From: Octopus sinensis
Lineage: Eukaryota
Direction of reading: 5' to 3'
DNA length: 64,000 nucleotides
NCBI RefSeq assembly: GCF_006345805.1
Contig: NC_042998.1
Location: forward strand, 152,644,001-152,708,000
Every line of letters starts with the position of its first letter. The first letter of the stretch is position 1. The translations under genes and the position numbers were made by a program. The notes below the pieces were generated by a model that saw only the letters and a program-made list of their open reading frames with translations, had not been told where the DNA came from and did not search any database. Positions 48,703-61,764 of the stretch are shown here, piece after piece.

Positions 48703-50436
48703 TTAAAGAAATGGGAAAAAAGTGGCTAGCAAGCAGTAACAGAGAATCGAACCTCATACCTCTCAAACTTTGGTTAAGTACTCTCTACCATTAAACTAAA
48801 TAACTCATGACATCATGCACTGTCTTTTATAGAACTAGATATCTTCAAATGACAAAAATATTTTAATTTGTTAAAATGATTACCTTTTTTTTGTCACTTA
48901 AAGCCACACCACATTTTTTGGTGAGGTCTTTACCCTAAGATTTAGCTCATAGGGATCTTTCACTTAAACATACCTACTGTATTGCTTTCTTTAACAATTG
49001 TTGACATATTTTGATTCAGAGTTACTTACCACTTTTTTGTGTCAATTAAAACTACACAACTTTTTTCCTAGCTAATACATTTTAACAAGATTGTCACCAA
49101 AAGATTCCTCTCAATGAGCACATTCTTTTAAATTCAACTAATCTACACTTTTCTTTTAAAATAACTTAGATATTTTGATTCAAAGTCAATTTTTTGCCTT
49201 ACTTTCTTGTTTTTGATGTAACATATTTTTAATGAACTAAATTTCAATTATTTTATCTCAAAATATAGCTGAAGACTAGACCATCATTGCTAAAAAAATT
49301 ACATTCAATTTGGTTGAGATCTGAATTGGTAATGAAGCCTAGAAGTACTTGCAAGTAACTAAAAGTTGACTTTAATAATATATTCACCTACTGCCATGGG
49401 TGAATAGTACATTTTGCTTACAACAACTTTATATCATATATTACATGAGGCACTTTACAACTGTATATGGTACATGTTTGGAACTTATCCCTATTGGATA
49501 CTTTCTTCATGATACATATTGATAAATTACTTCTGTACACTGTATGGTGCAAGTTGGTGCTTTATTTCTGTAGTAATATATATGGCTTATGTTGGTATAT
49601 TGTCAGTTACAGCTTACATTACATCTTAATAAATAAGCATTAGACTCTGTGATGCATTTTGGGACCTTACCTCTGTAGTACATTATATGTAAATTGTTAT
49701 CTTCCCTGTATAATTCACTGCTTTTCTTTCATTAAAATTGTTGATACTAGTGATCTTTAGTATTATGAGTGTAATTTCAATTCATTAAAAGTATTTTTAG
49801 TTTCACTATATGGTCCCTATACAGAGGGAACATCCAGAAATTTTTCAGTGTTATGATTTCACAAAAAGTTATGAAGTGGGGAAGATAGTATTTTGTTTAG
49901 TATTATTTTTATTATTATTATTTCATTTGCTCGAAGGAAAAGAAAGTAAAAGAAAGATAAAACTGCTTGGTAAAAACCAAACTGTTGAGCGTAGCAATGT
50001 TATTTATCACAGTGGATTATTGAGGTCACTGGCCAAGAGAGATTGGAAGATAAATGATAGGTTAAAAGGAAAATGGTGCTTGTTATAAATGCCATTTACA
50101 TGTCTTATGACAACTGAAACTGTAATCTGAGGATACCATCATTGAAGTGGTTATAAAAAGATAACCTATGAAATGACTGAAGTGGAAATAAAATAAGAAA
50201 ATGATTTATTGAAGAAAGAATTGTGATTGAAAAGGGAATTAAAGAAGTGGTTAAATCATGCAAATATTCATGTGCTTTTCTCAGTTCAAAATGTTTCATA
50301 TGCTTTTGTCAATTTAAATTGTCCCATAATCACAGCAAGCTAATATTGAGTTGAAATAGCATTCAAATAACTCTCAAGACATGAATAAAATTAACAGGTT
50401 GAAACCATTAATGTATTAAACTGAACAAGAAATTCA

Positions 50437-50584
50437 TCAAGAAGATCCATCATATTTGTGATCAACATCCAGGTTTTCTGCTCCACAGACAGAAGTGGTG
50501 TTTTCTCCATGGGAGGATGAATTATTTCTTTTAGCCTTTCGTAATAATGTAAGGCTCCGCCATATCCGATATACTATGCCTTTT
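50437..50584 (-). CDS. MAP3K15: ASK-like MAP3K terminal coding exon
   Basis: Acceptor tttctattgcag; KGIVYRIWRSLTLLRKAKRNNSSSHGENTTSVCGAENLDVDHKYDGSS-TGA, followed by a second TGA. Confidence 0.85.
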
Positions 50585-53500
50585 CTGCAATAGAAATATA
50601 CAAATTAGATATGTAAAGTTGGAATGAGTAAAAGTGCTGTTAGATTTTACTTTAATCTTCCTGCATTTTAAAATTAGCATACACTTCATTTTTGTTTTGT
50701 TCCCCTTTCTCTCCATACAGCTATATATAACAAAGACTAACATCAGAACAGGTAAACTATACTCTTAATCATGTTCCTTTGCAAACAGAATATAACTCTC
50801 TAAATCCCCAAATGGTTTAAATTTGCTGCAGTAGTACAAGCAAAAAAAAAAAAAAAAAAAAAAAACAAACTTCTATGCCTAGAAAAATTCATCACACACT
50901 CTAAACAGCTATATATAACAAAGATGACCTTGGAAGATGAATAGAAATTTATTTTTGTATTTTGTATTTTAGCCAATGACTCTTTACAGGCCTCCAGGCT
51001 GGTAAGAATGAGGAAGGAATGTACCTCAAACTAGAGATCTGGCCCAAATACTTACAACAGAGGAAACTCCAGTAGAGGCAACAAAAGTGGTGGTATAAAA
51101 ACAAGTATCATATAGGCCATGGCAGAATTACAACACTGAATACAAACAGCTACAACAAATATCACAAGGTATCTAGTCCAACATGCTTACAGTTTGGCCA
51201 ATCCAGCACTCTGGATTGGTACTTTTTAATTGACCACTAAAGGATAAAAGCCAAAGTTGACTTCAGTGAGATTTCAGTACACAGTTGAATCAAATATCTC
51301 AAATTCTATCTCTTCTCTCTACACCCCTATATTTATAAATACTACTAAAAGACTAGCATTTGCCATTCAACTCTTGAAAAGAGAAGCCTAACTTACTTAG
51401 CAATTTCATCTTGACTTGTTACTCACTGCCCACTTACTTATGACATTATTTACATATCACGTATGAATATGGGTATTATTTAAGTTTGATCTCTTGAAAT
51501 TGCTGCTGAGATAAGGTATTACATAATGTTTTTCCATTACAGATTTGTTTTCTTTATTTTATAATCTGTATTTTGTGCTCTATGTAGATATATCCTAAGA
51601 ATAACTGTTTACCTACCTTACTGCATCTTTCTTTCTCTCTCTCACTCTCTCCACACACATGCACATGCATGCACACCATAAATGCAGGTCTTTTAAAACA
51701 AAAAAATACTGATGAATGTTGATCAAATCTAGCTTCTTTGAAAATCCTTACATTTGTTTGATATAGATTAATGACAGAATTCATTTTAGAATAAATACTT
51801 AAAGGAGCTTGAAAATTAGATATAACACACAAAATGGAGATAGACAAATACCAAAATATTAAGTGTTCAAAATAGATTTAAAACTCATAGCCTCAATCAC
51901 TAAGCTATTTATGATATCAAATACTCATAAAAATCCATAATAGGATATTTCAAGCCTGTAATCTCTTTTATCTCTTTTACTTGTTTCAGTCATTTGACTG
52001 CGGCCATGCTGGAGCACCGCCTTTAATCGAGCAACTCGAACCCGGGACTTATTCTTTTGTAAGCCCAGTACTTATTCTATCGGTCTCTTTTGCCGAACCG
52101 CTAAGTAACGGGGACATAAACACACCAGCATCGGTTGTCAAGCAATGCTAGGAGGACAAACACAGACACACACATACATATATATATACACATATATACG
52201 ACAGGCTTCTTTCAGTTTCCGTCTACCAAATCCACTCACAAGGCATTGGTTGGCCCGGGGCTATAGTAGAAGGCACTTGCCCAAGATGCTACACAGTGGG
52301 ACTGAACCCGGGACCATGTGGTTGGTTAGCAAGCTACTTACCACACAGCCACTCCTGCGCCTTTTGTAATATTGCAAAAAGAAAGAATCTGAAAAAGAAT
52401 TAAGGTATTTTAAAAGAAATATTTTAGAAGATTTTTATAGTTTGACTTACTTAATATTTAAACCATGAAGTTCTTCAAGAGTAACCATTTCCACAAAATC
52501 GATATAAGAATATTCTTCATATGTGATCTATTATAAGAACAAAGAGTCATTGATTTATTTCGCACAAGATCAATTTTCAAAAGAGAATAAATATTTATCA
52601 TATGAATTGATTACAGAATTATGGGTATTCATTTTATCAGCTTTTGAAAGGGTTAAATTTAAAAGAATTAAAAATAAAGTTGTAGGATTTGAACTTACAT
52701 TTCTACAAAAGGGGAAGACGATCTACTTAACTGTCTATATATTTTATTATGGTTGAAAACTCAGTTTTTTAATCAAACAACTGGATACTGAATATTCCCC
52801 TTTTAAGTAAAGCAAGATCTATGGATGTGGTTCAAGGCTGTCATGCAATATCAGAAGGAAAGCTATCTATTTTCCAGTAACTGGGAACTTCATTGCCATG
52901 GTCTGAAGTCTCAACTATGCCCTCGTTAGTCTTGAACTCTATCATACTTAAAGTTAGCTAACTGGTTACAGCTTTGTTCTATACTAACTATTTCAGGCAG
53001 CAAATACACTCACCTTTGATCTACCAAGAACAGTTAAGCTATCCTCTTAGTCATGTTCCTTTGCATACAAAACATTGCAAAATCCCCAAATGGTTCAAAT
53101 GGAGCTGTGCTGCAAACAGTACACAGGAAGAACATAGACTTCAATTCCAAAAAAATTCATCACACACCCTACCAATTAAACAGTATTAACCCACAACTTG
53201 AAATAATAACCTCCAAAATGTGGAAGATGCGAGGAGGAATTACAACCGTGTTTCGTGGTCTGCTACCACAACAGCTCCTTTATAGGATCCAGTTAGCTCA
53301 AGACATCATCAGGAGGAACCACGTCCGGTTTCGGCTCCTACTCCTCTACCATTTTGACGTGGCGGGCCCCCCCCCACTTTCGGAGGTGTCTTTAGCTCTG
53401 GTGTTGCGTGCATGTCTTCTTTCTTCTTCTTTTTTCTGTTCCCTGGCCTCTTCGATGTATCGTCAGCGAGTGTTAGCCGGTGACTGACTGTCTTGTCAGA

Positions 53501-56500
53501 TTTTCCCATTTAAATACCTGCCGCATAGGCTCCAGCAGGCAGCCCCAGCAAGTTGTCACGTGACACTGTCTCACCTTAACTGACTAACGAAGGCGCATAG
53601 TTTTAGCCCGCGCTTTTTCTAAACGACCGTGACCTGTCAGTCAGCTTGTCTCACCTAATGATGTTATTTCCCGTCGGCGTGTTTATGACTTTCAAGCCAT
53701 TTTCGGTCTTCCCGCTTCAGCCATATATAGAAGCTGGCTTTTTCGACCGCCTCCTGTACTCTCCTAATTAGTTTATGCAGCTTGGGGCTAGAAAAAACAA
53801 ATCTTCTTTTGAAAAGCGTTGTCATTTTCTTTTCAATGAAGCCTCTAGCTCCCACTGCCAGGTGATAATATTCGACATTCCATCCCTGTTCTCTGCATTC
53901 TTCGATTAGCTTTTCATACCTCTTCTCCTTTCGTTCCTCTGCATTGCCGATGTTCTCTTCCCAAGGTACTGTCAGTTCTAGTAAAATTCCCATTCTCCGG
54001 TCTCTGTTCCAAGGAACTAAATCCGGTCTTTTTGTTGTGGAAATATTACTTGTCTTTCCAAGTCCGTGGCCACCTCTCAGTATCCCTTCCATCTTTCGTC
54101 TATCTCGTATACTTCACTTGTAGGCCTGGCTTTATAACTTTTTCCCTCCTTGTGGAAGTATACTCTCCTGCACTTATCTACTTTTGGGTATTCTTCCCTA
54201 TTGTACCTCTCGATCTGATCCTTGAGTGCTGCGCTTATGACGCCGAGGACTTGATTATGCCGCCATGTATATCTTTCAAGTGCTAGTCTGCAACCTGACA
54301 GAACATGTCTAACCGTCACTTTCTCTCCGCATCTACACTCGTCGGTTGTTTTTATGTTCCACCAGACTAAATTCGCCGGTGAGGGTAGAACGCCGAAGGT
54401 AGACTTGATCAGGAAGGATGTTCTTGCTTGTTCCCAAGCCCAAAGTTCCTTCCATGATATTCTGCGGTTGATCACATATTCCTCCCATCTCAGGCACTGT
54501 CCCTGTTGACTCCATTGCACCAAATGTACATTTCGCCTTTCTTCTTCCTCCTTTCTCACTTCATATACCACTGCCTCTTTCATCTCTTTTACACTGCTCT
54601 TGCAAAATGGCCTGAAGTTTTGCGACCCTAGGCCGGTTCTAGCTTCTTTGCGTCGCTCTGACTATATTTGCGTGCCTTAGTTTTCCGATCGCCCTGTTTA
54701 CTGCCTCTTCCGCCTTCCATTTCCTCCCTGTTCGTACCTTAGGAGGGTTTTCCCGGATGCTCTGATCTTTTGAATACCTTAGCATCATTACTGTCCTTGC
54801 CTTTCCTGCCTTATATTCTTCGGCGATTGATATTATTGGTAGTTGCAGCACAGGATTTCCATATAGTGCAGTTGTATTTAGTGGTTTCGGCAGACCAAGC
54901 CATTTTCTGATAAACACACTGCATCTTTGCTCCATCCTTTCTACTCTACTTGAGGCTATTTCGTACATTTGCAATGGCCACATTATTCTTGGGTACAGCC
55001 CAAATTGCAGTATCCAACATTTGAATTTTCCCGGCAGCGTTGTTTGGTCAATTGCCTTTAATCCTTGTTCTACTAACTCATGCGTTTCTTTCCCTTGCTT
55101 CTTATCATTTAATAAATCTCTATACCATCTGCCGAGACTCTTTACTGGTTGTTCTTTCATTTGGTATGTCTTCACTTCCTATCCTAAATTTCACTTCTTT
55201 TTGCCTTCCTTTCACAAAAGCCACGCTTCGAGATTTTTTGGCTTTGAATTTCATCCTTGCCCATCCTATCAGTTCATCCAACCGCTCTAACGTTCCCTCT
55301 GCTGCTTCTCTACTTTCCGATAATATAGTTACATCGTCCATAAAAGCCCTTAATGGTGTCTTTGTAACAGCTTTTTCACAGTTTGTAGATCTGAGTAGCA
55401 TTTCCATGACTAGCACGAATAAGATGACTGATATCGTGCATCTGGCTGCAATACCTATTTCAAGCCGTTGCCACTCCGTTGTGAACTTTTCTGCTGTAAA
55501 TCTCATCCTCAGGTTGTCGTAGTACGACATGAGCATTCGTTGAACATCTTTTGGAATCCAAAAGAAGTCCATCGCTGTTTTTATTATTGCATGCGGAACA
55601 GATCCATAAGCATTGGCAAGATCTAGCCAAACAATGTATAGGTTTTCCTTCATTTGTTTTGCACAGGTGATGGCTTCCCAGATGATAAATGCGTGTTCTA
55701 TGCACCCAGGGATTCCGGGGATTCCTGCTTTTTGAATCGCTTCATTAACATATCCGTTATGCTGTGTGAATCTTATAATTCGTCTAGCAATTATTCCGAA
55801 CATGATTTTCCCGTCTGTATTTAGTAGTGAAATCGGTCTAAATTGGCCTAGTGCTTTTGCCTCTTTTTCTTTAGGTAGATAGATACCTTCGGCTATACAC
55901 CATCGCTCTGCTACATCTTTCTTCTTCCACATTTCTCTTATCAGTGCAAACAGCTGCAAACGTAATTTTGGGCAATATTTGTATACCTTGTAGCTCACTC
56001 CATCGTTCCCTGGTGCACTTTTTGCTCTTGCTTTCCTTATGAATTCATCCATTTCTTTCCGTTTGATGTCGCTCAAATCAAATGGTACTCTTGGTTCAGG
56101 TGGTTTCTTCAGTCCGTGCATTTCTGGGAGTACTTCATTTCTGTCAGTATGTCTCTTTCAGATGTTGTTTGAGCTCTTCTTTCGTGCAATCCAATTTTCC
56201 GCTTTTACTTTCAGTAAATAGATGTTTCGCATATTGATAGGGATTGTTTACAAAGCTACGATAGTTTTTTTCTCTCTCCTTTCTTCTGCTCCTCCTTCTT
56301 TGTTTTCTTAGCAGATCTCGATGCCTCTTTTTTTCTCTTCATATAGCTGCTTTAGCCCTTCTCTTTCCTCCTCCTTTGCATCCCTCCATCAGGTTCTGAG
56401 TTTTTTCTTCTCTTCTCGAATCTTTGCGATCCGTCTTTCTCTCCTCGATGGTCAGCTCTTTGCCGTTGAGTCTACCTTCCCTGTTGTTTCCAGTCCAAAT

Positions 56501-57096
56501 CTTTTCTCTCCCTCCTGGTAGATTGTATTAGCCAGGTTTTCGAGCTTTTGTTCGTCGTCGCTTTTGAATTTGGTGGTCATTCTTGCTACCTCGTCGTCAA
56601 ATTTTTCATAACTTGCTGCGTCATTTGCTTTTGGCCACTTAACCTTTGTCTGGTGTATCACACCAACCTACAAACTAGTGCCCCTCTTAAGCAGTAGCTA
56701 ATCCTTTTTTAGGTCTCCTGGAAAATCTTAGGAACAATCACCTTCTCCAAGATTGGAGTTCCTTTTCAAAGACCACAAGTATGGCCTCTGTAAATCTACT
56801 GGAAACCTGCACACCTGTGTTACCCATCTTCTAGCATAGAGTTGTAAAAAAAGTACAATAATTGTGTGTTTATTTGTTTTGTTCACAACTGAAACCAATC
56901 AAAGTAACCGTTTTTTCTATGCAAGTGGATTTGCTGCTTTTACAATAAGATTATACCGATGGTACCATATATGATACCATAGTAAAGAGAGTAATTATTT
57001 TATACTACAAATCTCAAAGTCTACTTACATGTTTAATGGTATCTTCATCAACCTGACATTGCTTAAGCCATTTTACAAGTTGTGGGTCCACAGCAA
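50437..57096 (-). CDS. MAP3K15: ASK-family MAP kinase kinase kinase (MAP3K5/MAP3K15-like), C-terminal SAM domain, 3' partial; join(complement 57029-57096, 52451-52527, 50437-50584)
   Basis: Three GT-AG exons in consistent phase give AVDPQLVKWLKQCQVDEDTIKH ITYEEYSYIDFVEMVTLEELHGLNIK KGIVYRIWRSLTLLRK...GSS*. This aligns with the recalled ASK1 SAM (ELTDWLRVNGADEDTISRFLAEDYTLLDVLYYVTRDDLKCLRLRGGMLCTLWKAI). Paralog identity cannot be resolved. Confidence 0.85.
51962..52362 (-). mobile_element. tRNA-derived SINE (octopus-type), nearly intact
   Basis: Head GGCGCAGGAGTGGCTGTGTGGTAAG...GGGTTCAGTCCC; internal (CA/TA)n; 3' end CCAGCATGGCCGCAGTCAAATGACTGAAACAAGTAAAAG. Confidence 0.9.
52451..52527 (-). 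CDS. MAP3K15: ASK-like MAP3K exon (SAM middle)
   Basis: Acceptor ttataatag, donor gtaagt; 77 nt; ITYEEYSYIDFVEMVTLEELHGLNI(K). Confidence 0.87.
53415..56665 (-). mobile_element. HERO/NeSL-like non-LTR retrotransposon (RT plus zinc knuckle plus restriction-like endonuclease), 5'-truncated, frameshifted
   Basis: SAPGNDG, FRPISLLN, GCIEH, WLDLANAYGSVPH, AFMDD; CRCG...HVLSGC...RYTWRHNQVL; RPDLV...LLELTVPWEEN...RKEKRY (PD-(D/E)xK RLE); (AAG)n-like tail at about 53416-53436. Confidence 0.92.
57029..57096 (-). CDS. MAP3K15: ASK-like MAP3K exon (SAM start)
   Basis: Acceptor ctattttcag, donor gtaagt; 68 nt; AVDPQLVKWLKQCQVDEDTIKH. Confidence 0.87.
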
Positions 57097-58987
57097 CTGA
57101 AAATAGTAACAAAAAAAAATTTTAAACCTTAAACTGGCCCCAAATCTATTTTTTTTGAGGAGAGGCTACCATCTTTAAAAATAGGTTTAAGTCTATAATT
57201 ACTGCAACAATAATGCATTAAAGAAAAAGAAAAAGGAAAAAAGCAAAGGAAAATTATAGAAGCTTTTATTGATAAACAAGGACTGGATACTGCGTTATAT
57301 ACATTAAATAGTTTTAGATTAAAATCTCCAATTGGTTGAAATTTAAACAATAACCTGAAATAAATTATGTAATTTGTGTTTGCCTGTTACTCAGACAAAT
57401 AGTGGGAATTTCTTAAAATATGATACAATATTGTCCTGTCAAGGATTTTCACTGTGCGACATTTTGAATGTCAATAAAAATGGATATCTGTGATCTTGTT
57501 GAACAGCTGGATAACTGTTTTTCCTCACCATCATTATCATAATTTTTATGCTCATTTTTCCAAGGTTGGCTGACATAGGTTGGGTGAGTTGTTATAATCT
57601 TAAGTTAGGTCTGCTCTCCTTAACAAATTAAAGACCATGTCTACTTTCTACATTCTAATTCTTTAGGATGGTTTCTATGGCTGAATGTCTTTCCTATCAC
57701 CAACCATGTAAGAGTGTGTACTTGGTGAAATGTATCATGATAGAGACATTGTATTGTTTAACTAAATAGTCCTCTCTAATCTGTGTTATGTCCATTTGTT
57801 TATTCATTGGCACCAGAAAGGTTCTGTTGATTCCTCAATAAGGCTGAAGATAGTTCCCTCTTCTCTATGTTGAAGGCACTAGTTACTTCTTTTTATTCTC
57901 TCACACAACTGGAATGTTGCTTTCTATCACATCACCAGCACCTGATTGTGCTAAAGAATCCCTCACCTTGCATAGGTCTTTATTCTTACATCACATATGC
58001 CAACATGCTAAGCTTGATGCCGAAAAAGGTTAGCTACTAGTAACAGAAGAGACCACTGGGTATAAGATTGTCTCCATTGTAGTCCATAGAGACAGCCTTG
58101 TAGGGAGTTCTTTCGAGAGATAGCCTAGAATGCCTTCCAATGGGTTATCAGAGGTTTGGCAATCAGACTCGGGTATCAGAGTGTCCATAGTGGCAATGAA
58201 GTTAGCAGGATAAAAAGCTGCCTCAGTACAAGTCCATAGGAGCAACTGGAGGGTGTTGAAATTTCATGACACTACAAGGTATGGCATAGAGTTTTATAAA
58301 AATAGCATAGTATCTTTGTGTCTTACCTATTTGTCAGAACAGAATCCTTGTTGGGGTGTTATAGCATATGATCAGATGGTTGTTCAATGTAATATCTTCC
58401 AGGGCTAAGGTTTTGTGTGTGTGTGTGTGTGTATGTCTGAGAGAGAGAAAGAGAGAGAGTGTGTGTGTGTGTATAAGTAAAATGAAAGTGGACTGAAAGA
58501 AAAAGAGAAATAACTCAGCATGGCCCATAGCATGCATCTGAACAATCAAGGCACATAGTTACTTAGGTCCTGCTGTTCAAATAACATGAGGCTACCAGAG
58601 CCTTCCTGCCATCTCTATCAAGTGTCAGCTCTAAGCCTCATCCCAGTTCTTGCCATCACTCATAAGATCTTTCATTACGGTCAGCCATTTCTTCTTCAGA
58701 CATCCTTTCTCCCTGGGACCCTGCAAAGACTATTAAAGACACTGGTATAGAAGTCAGGGGTGTATCCAGCTTGATCACAAATCCAGGCTACTTCATCCTC
58801 TTGCTGGCCACTGGCTGAAATTACATGCATAAGAACCCCGATCTTCTTAGTACTATCTAGCTGGTGACATAGTCTCTGTACAAAATGTGTTGTATCTCAT
58901 GCAAGCATCTTTGCAGGAAGATATTAAATTTTCTCTCTAGTGCCTTAGTCAGAAGCCATCACAACATAGAGAAGGCAAAAGAGGGTA

Positions 58988-59284
58988 TTTTAGATGGTGT
59001 AGGTCGTTGTTGAGCCAACTAATATAACTCAGAAGACTGCAATCTCACTGGTAGTAAACCTGGATGAAGAACATATACAAACAAGGTTGTAACTTTAAAC
59101 ATGTTTACTGTGGCCACACGTATATACACAATAGAATGATAATAGAATGGTTGATGGTAAAGGCCATGGTCTTCTGTGCTCTGCTCCTATCTGCAAACTG
59201 GTCTGTGGCATAAGAAAGAGCCAGTGAAGTTGTGTCCTCACAGCTTGCGTGTCAGTGCAGAAAAGAGTGGAAGTGGGGGTGACA
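58988..59284 (-). repeat. 3' LTR of Gypsy element
   Basis: Direct repeat of 61765-62039. Confidence 0.88.
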
Positions 59285-61764
59285 GTGTTTGTGGAATGAT
59301 GGGTGTGTCAGCAAGTGGCATAAATGTTTCGGAAAAGGCTTTTTTTACTCTGTTGTCTCCTTTTTTTCTGTGAATGTCAACAGTGAACAGTTTGGTGTGC
59401 TTTTAAGAACATGATAAGGTCCAGTGTAGGGAGGAGTGAGTGGCTCCTTGACAGTGTCATTTCTTATAAACACGAGTCTAGGTAGAAATATCCAGAGGTT
59501 CTGCAAAGGAAATAGACTGGTCATGAGGAAGCATTGGTGGCAGGTCAGCAAAGAATGACCTAAGTTGTGTGACATAAGATGTGGGGTCTGCATTCGGTAA
59601 GTTGACAAGTGCCAACATTTTGCCAGGAAGTGCTAAGGTGGTGCCATACAGGAGCTCAGCAAAGGTGTAGCCTAAATCCTCCTTAACAGCTGAGTGGCCC
59701 CCAAGCAGAACAGTGAGGATTAATTTGGATCAATGATGAGGGTCAGGAACCATGCGAATAGTGGCTTTGAGCTGTTGGTGGAATCTTTCCACCATACCAT
59801 TCATGGTGGAAGGGTAACTTGTGGTGTGCTGAACTCCAAGCAATCTTGAAAGTTCACGGAACAGACAAGCTTCAAACTGGCATCCACAATCAGTAGTAAT
59901 TCTAGAGGGTACTTCAAAGTGAGATGTCTACCTATCTGCAACTGACTGGCCAAGGGCCAACCACGTCGATGTGTATGTGATGGGACCTGGTGTCTGGCGG
60001 CTGGAAGTGTCCAAGAGGTGCTCTCATGTGACGATGCACCTTGGAATGCTGACATGGTAGACAAGCATGTGACCAAGCAGTAATAGACCGCCGCATATTT
60101 GGCCAGAAAAAGTGGGTCAAGATAAGCTTTACTGTGGCTGCAATGCCGAGGTGTGACAGTGAATGCAGTGCTTCAAAAACAGCACAATAGTGACATTCAG
60201 GAATGAAGCGTTGTGGTGACCCAGTAGAAACATCACAGAGGATGGTTCCTTCAGAAAAAGGAGGAGGCAGGTGTTCAAACTTACAGCAGGAAAATTGTGG
60301 TGAAGAGATGTCCAGAGAGTCCAAAGAGGGTTGGTCAGTAGCCATAGCAACGAAATCAATCAAAGCAGGAGATGGCAATGCACCGATAAGCAGGCAAGAT
60401 AAAGAGTCAGCGGAGATGTTGTCAGTGCCAGCGATGTGGCGAATGTCACTAGTGAACTGTGATATATAGTCCAATTGCTTCGTTTCTCTGGGCAAGTACC
60501 GGTCCATTTATGCAAAGCGAGCAAACATTAGCGGTTTGTGGTCAGTGAATATCATGAAATCTCTACCTTTGAAAAGATAAGAGAAATACTTCATCACCAG
60601 GTAAATTACTAAGAGTTCTTTACCAAATACACTATATATTAGTTCAGCATTTTTCAGCTGCCGTGAGAAGAAGGCTAATGGCTGGCTTTGGCTGTTTACA
60701 GACTGCTCTAAAACTGCACCTGTAGCAGATGATGATGCATCAACAGTAAGTGATAATTTTGCATCCAGAACAGGATGAGCAAGGAAGAATGCTTGAGCAA
60801 GGTCAGCTTTGACAGATTCAAAAGCGTGGATGGCTGTAGGAGACAGTGTTATCTGGGCATCTTTCTTTTGCTGATCTTTCAAGTACTGGGTCAAGGGAAG
60901 CAACTTCTCCGCACAGTTAGGAATGAAACAATGATAATAATTAATTAAACCGATAAAATTTCTGAGCTGTTTTAAAGAAACAGGAAGAGACAAGCGTTTG
61001 ATGGCTTCCACTTTAGAAGGAAGTGAAAGTGAAAAGGGAGAAGGAATGCTTGTAAGAGCGATGAAGAGTTTGCTCTGGGCCAACTAATATTAGAAGAAAT
61101 GAAGAACAATTCCAGTTGTGAAAACCACATCTTAGCATCTCCATGATATTGGGGCAAAGGAAAATCTTGGATGATAATAGGAAAATGGAATGGCATGAAG
61201 AACAACTGGTTGAAGAACTGCTGTTAGAAATGGCAGCCAAAACACCCAAGTTGGAAGAAGACACAACGAGCAAAAAGATAGGAAAATGAAGATGAAAATA
61301 GAAGAAATCTTTGCTAATTGATAAGGAACCAATTATGGCCAACGTATGGATAATCCAGGTGGTTGAGAGAAAGAAACTCATACCTGGCACGTAGGAAAAT
61401 TTTCAGTCCACATGAACCATGGAGAAAATTCCGGATAATTTTTTGCCTTGTACATATTTGCATTGTATTTTTTCTCTACACACAAGAAGAATATTCTTCT
61501 GGGACACTGTCTGTGCAAAGAACCAAGTTGTAATTTCGGTAACAACCCTAGTAAAATGATTTGCAGTTTCCCGCCTGAAAATGGTGCCAAAAATTTTCCT
61601 GGTGACAAGTGACATCAGTGGTGTTCCTATATGTCAAGAAGTGATTTGGTTGCATAGCCAGAGTCGCAAAGGAGAAAAGGGAATATGTATTCACCTGGTG
61701 TTCACCATTTTAGAAGTATAGTTCTGTTCCGCTTTGGGTGACCATTATAACTGGATGGTCACCA

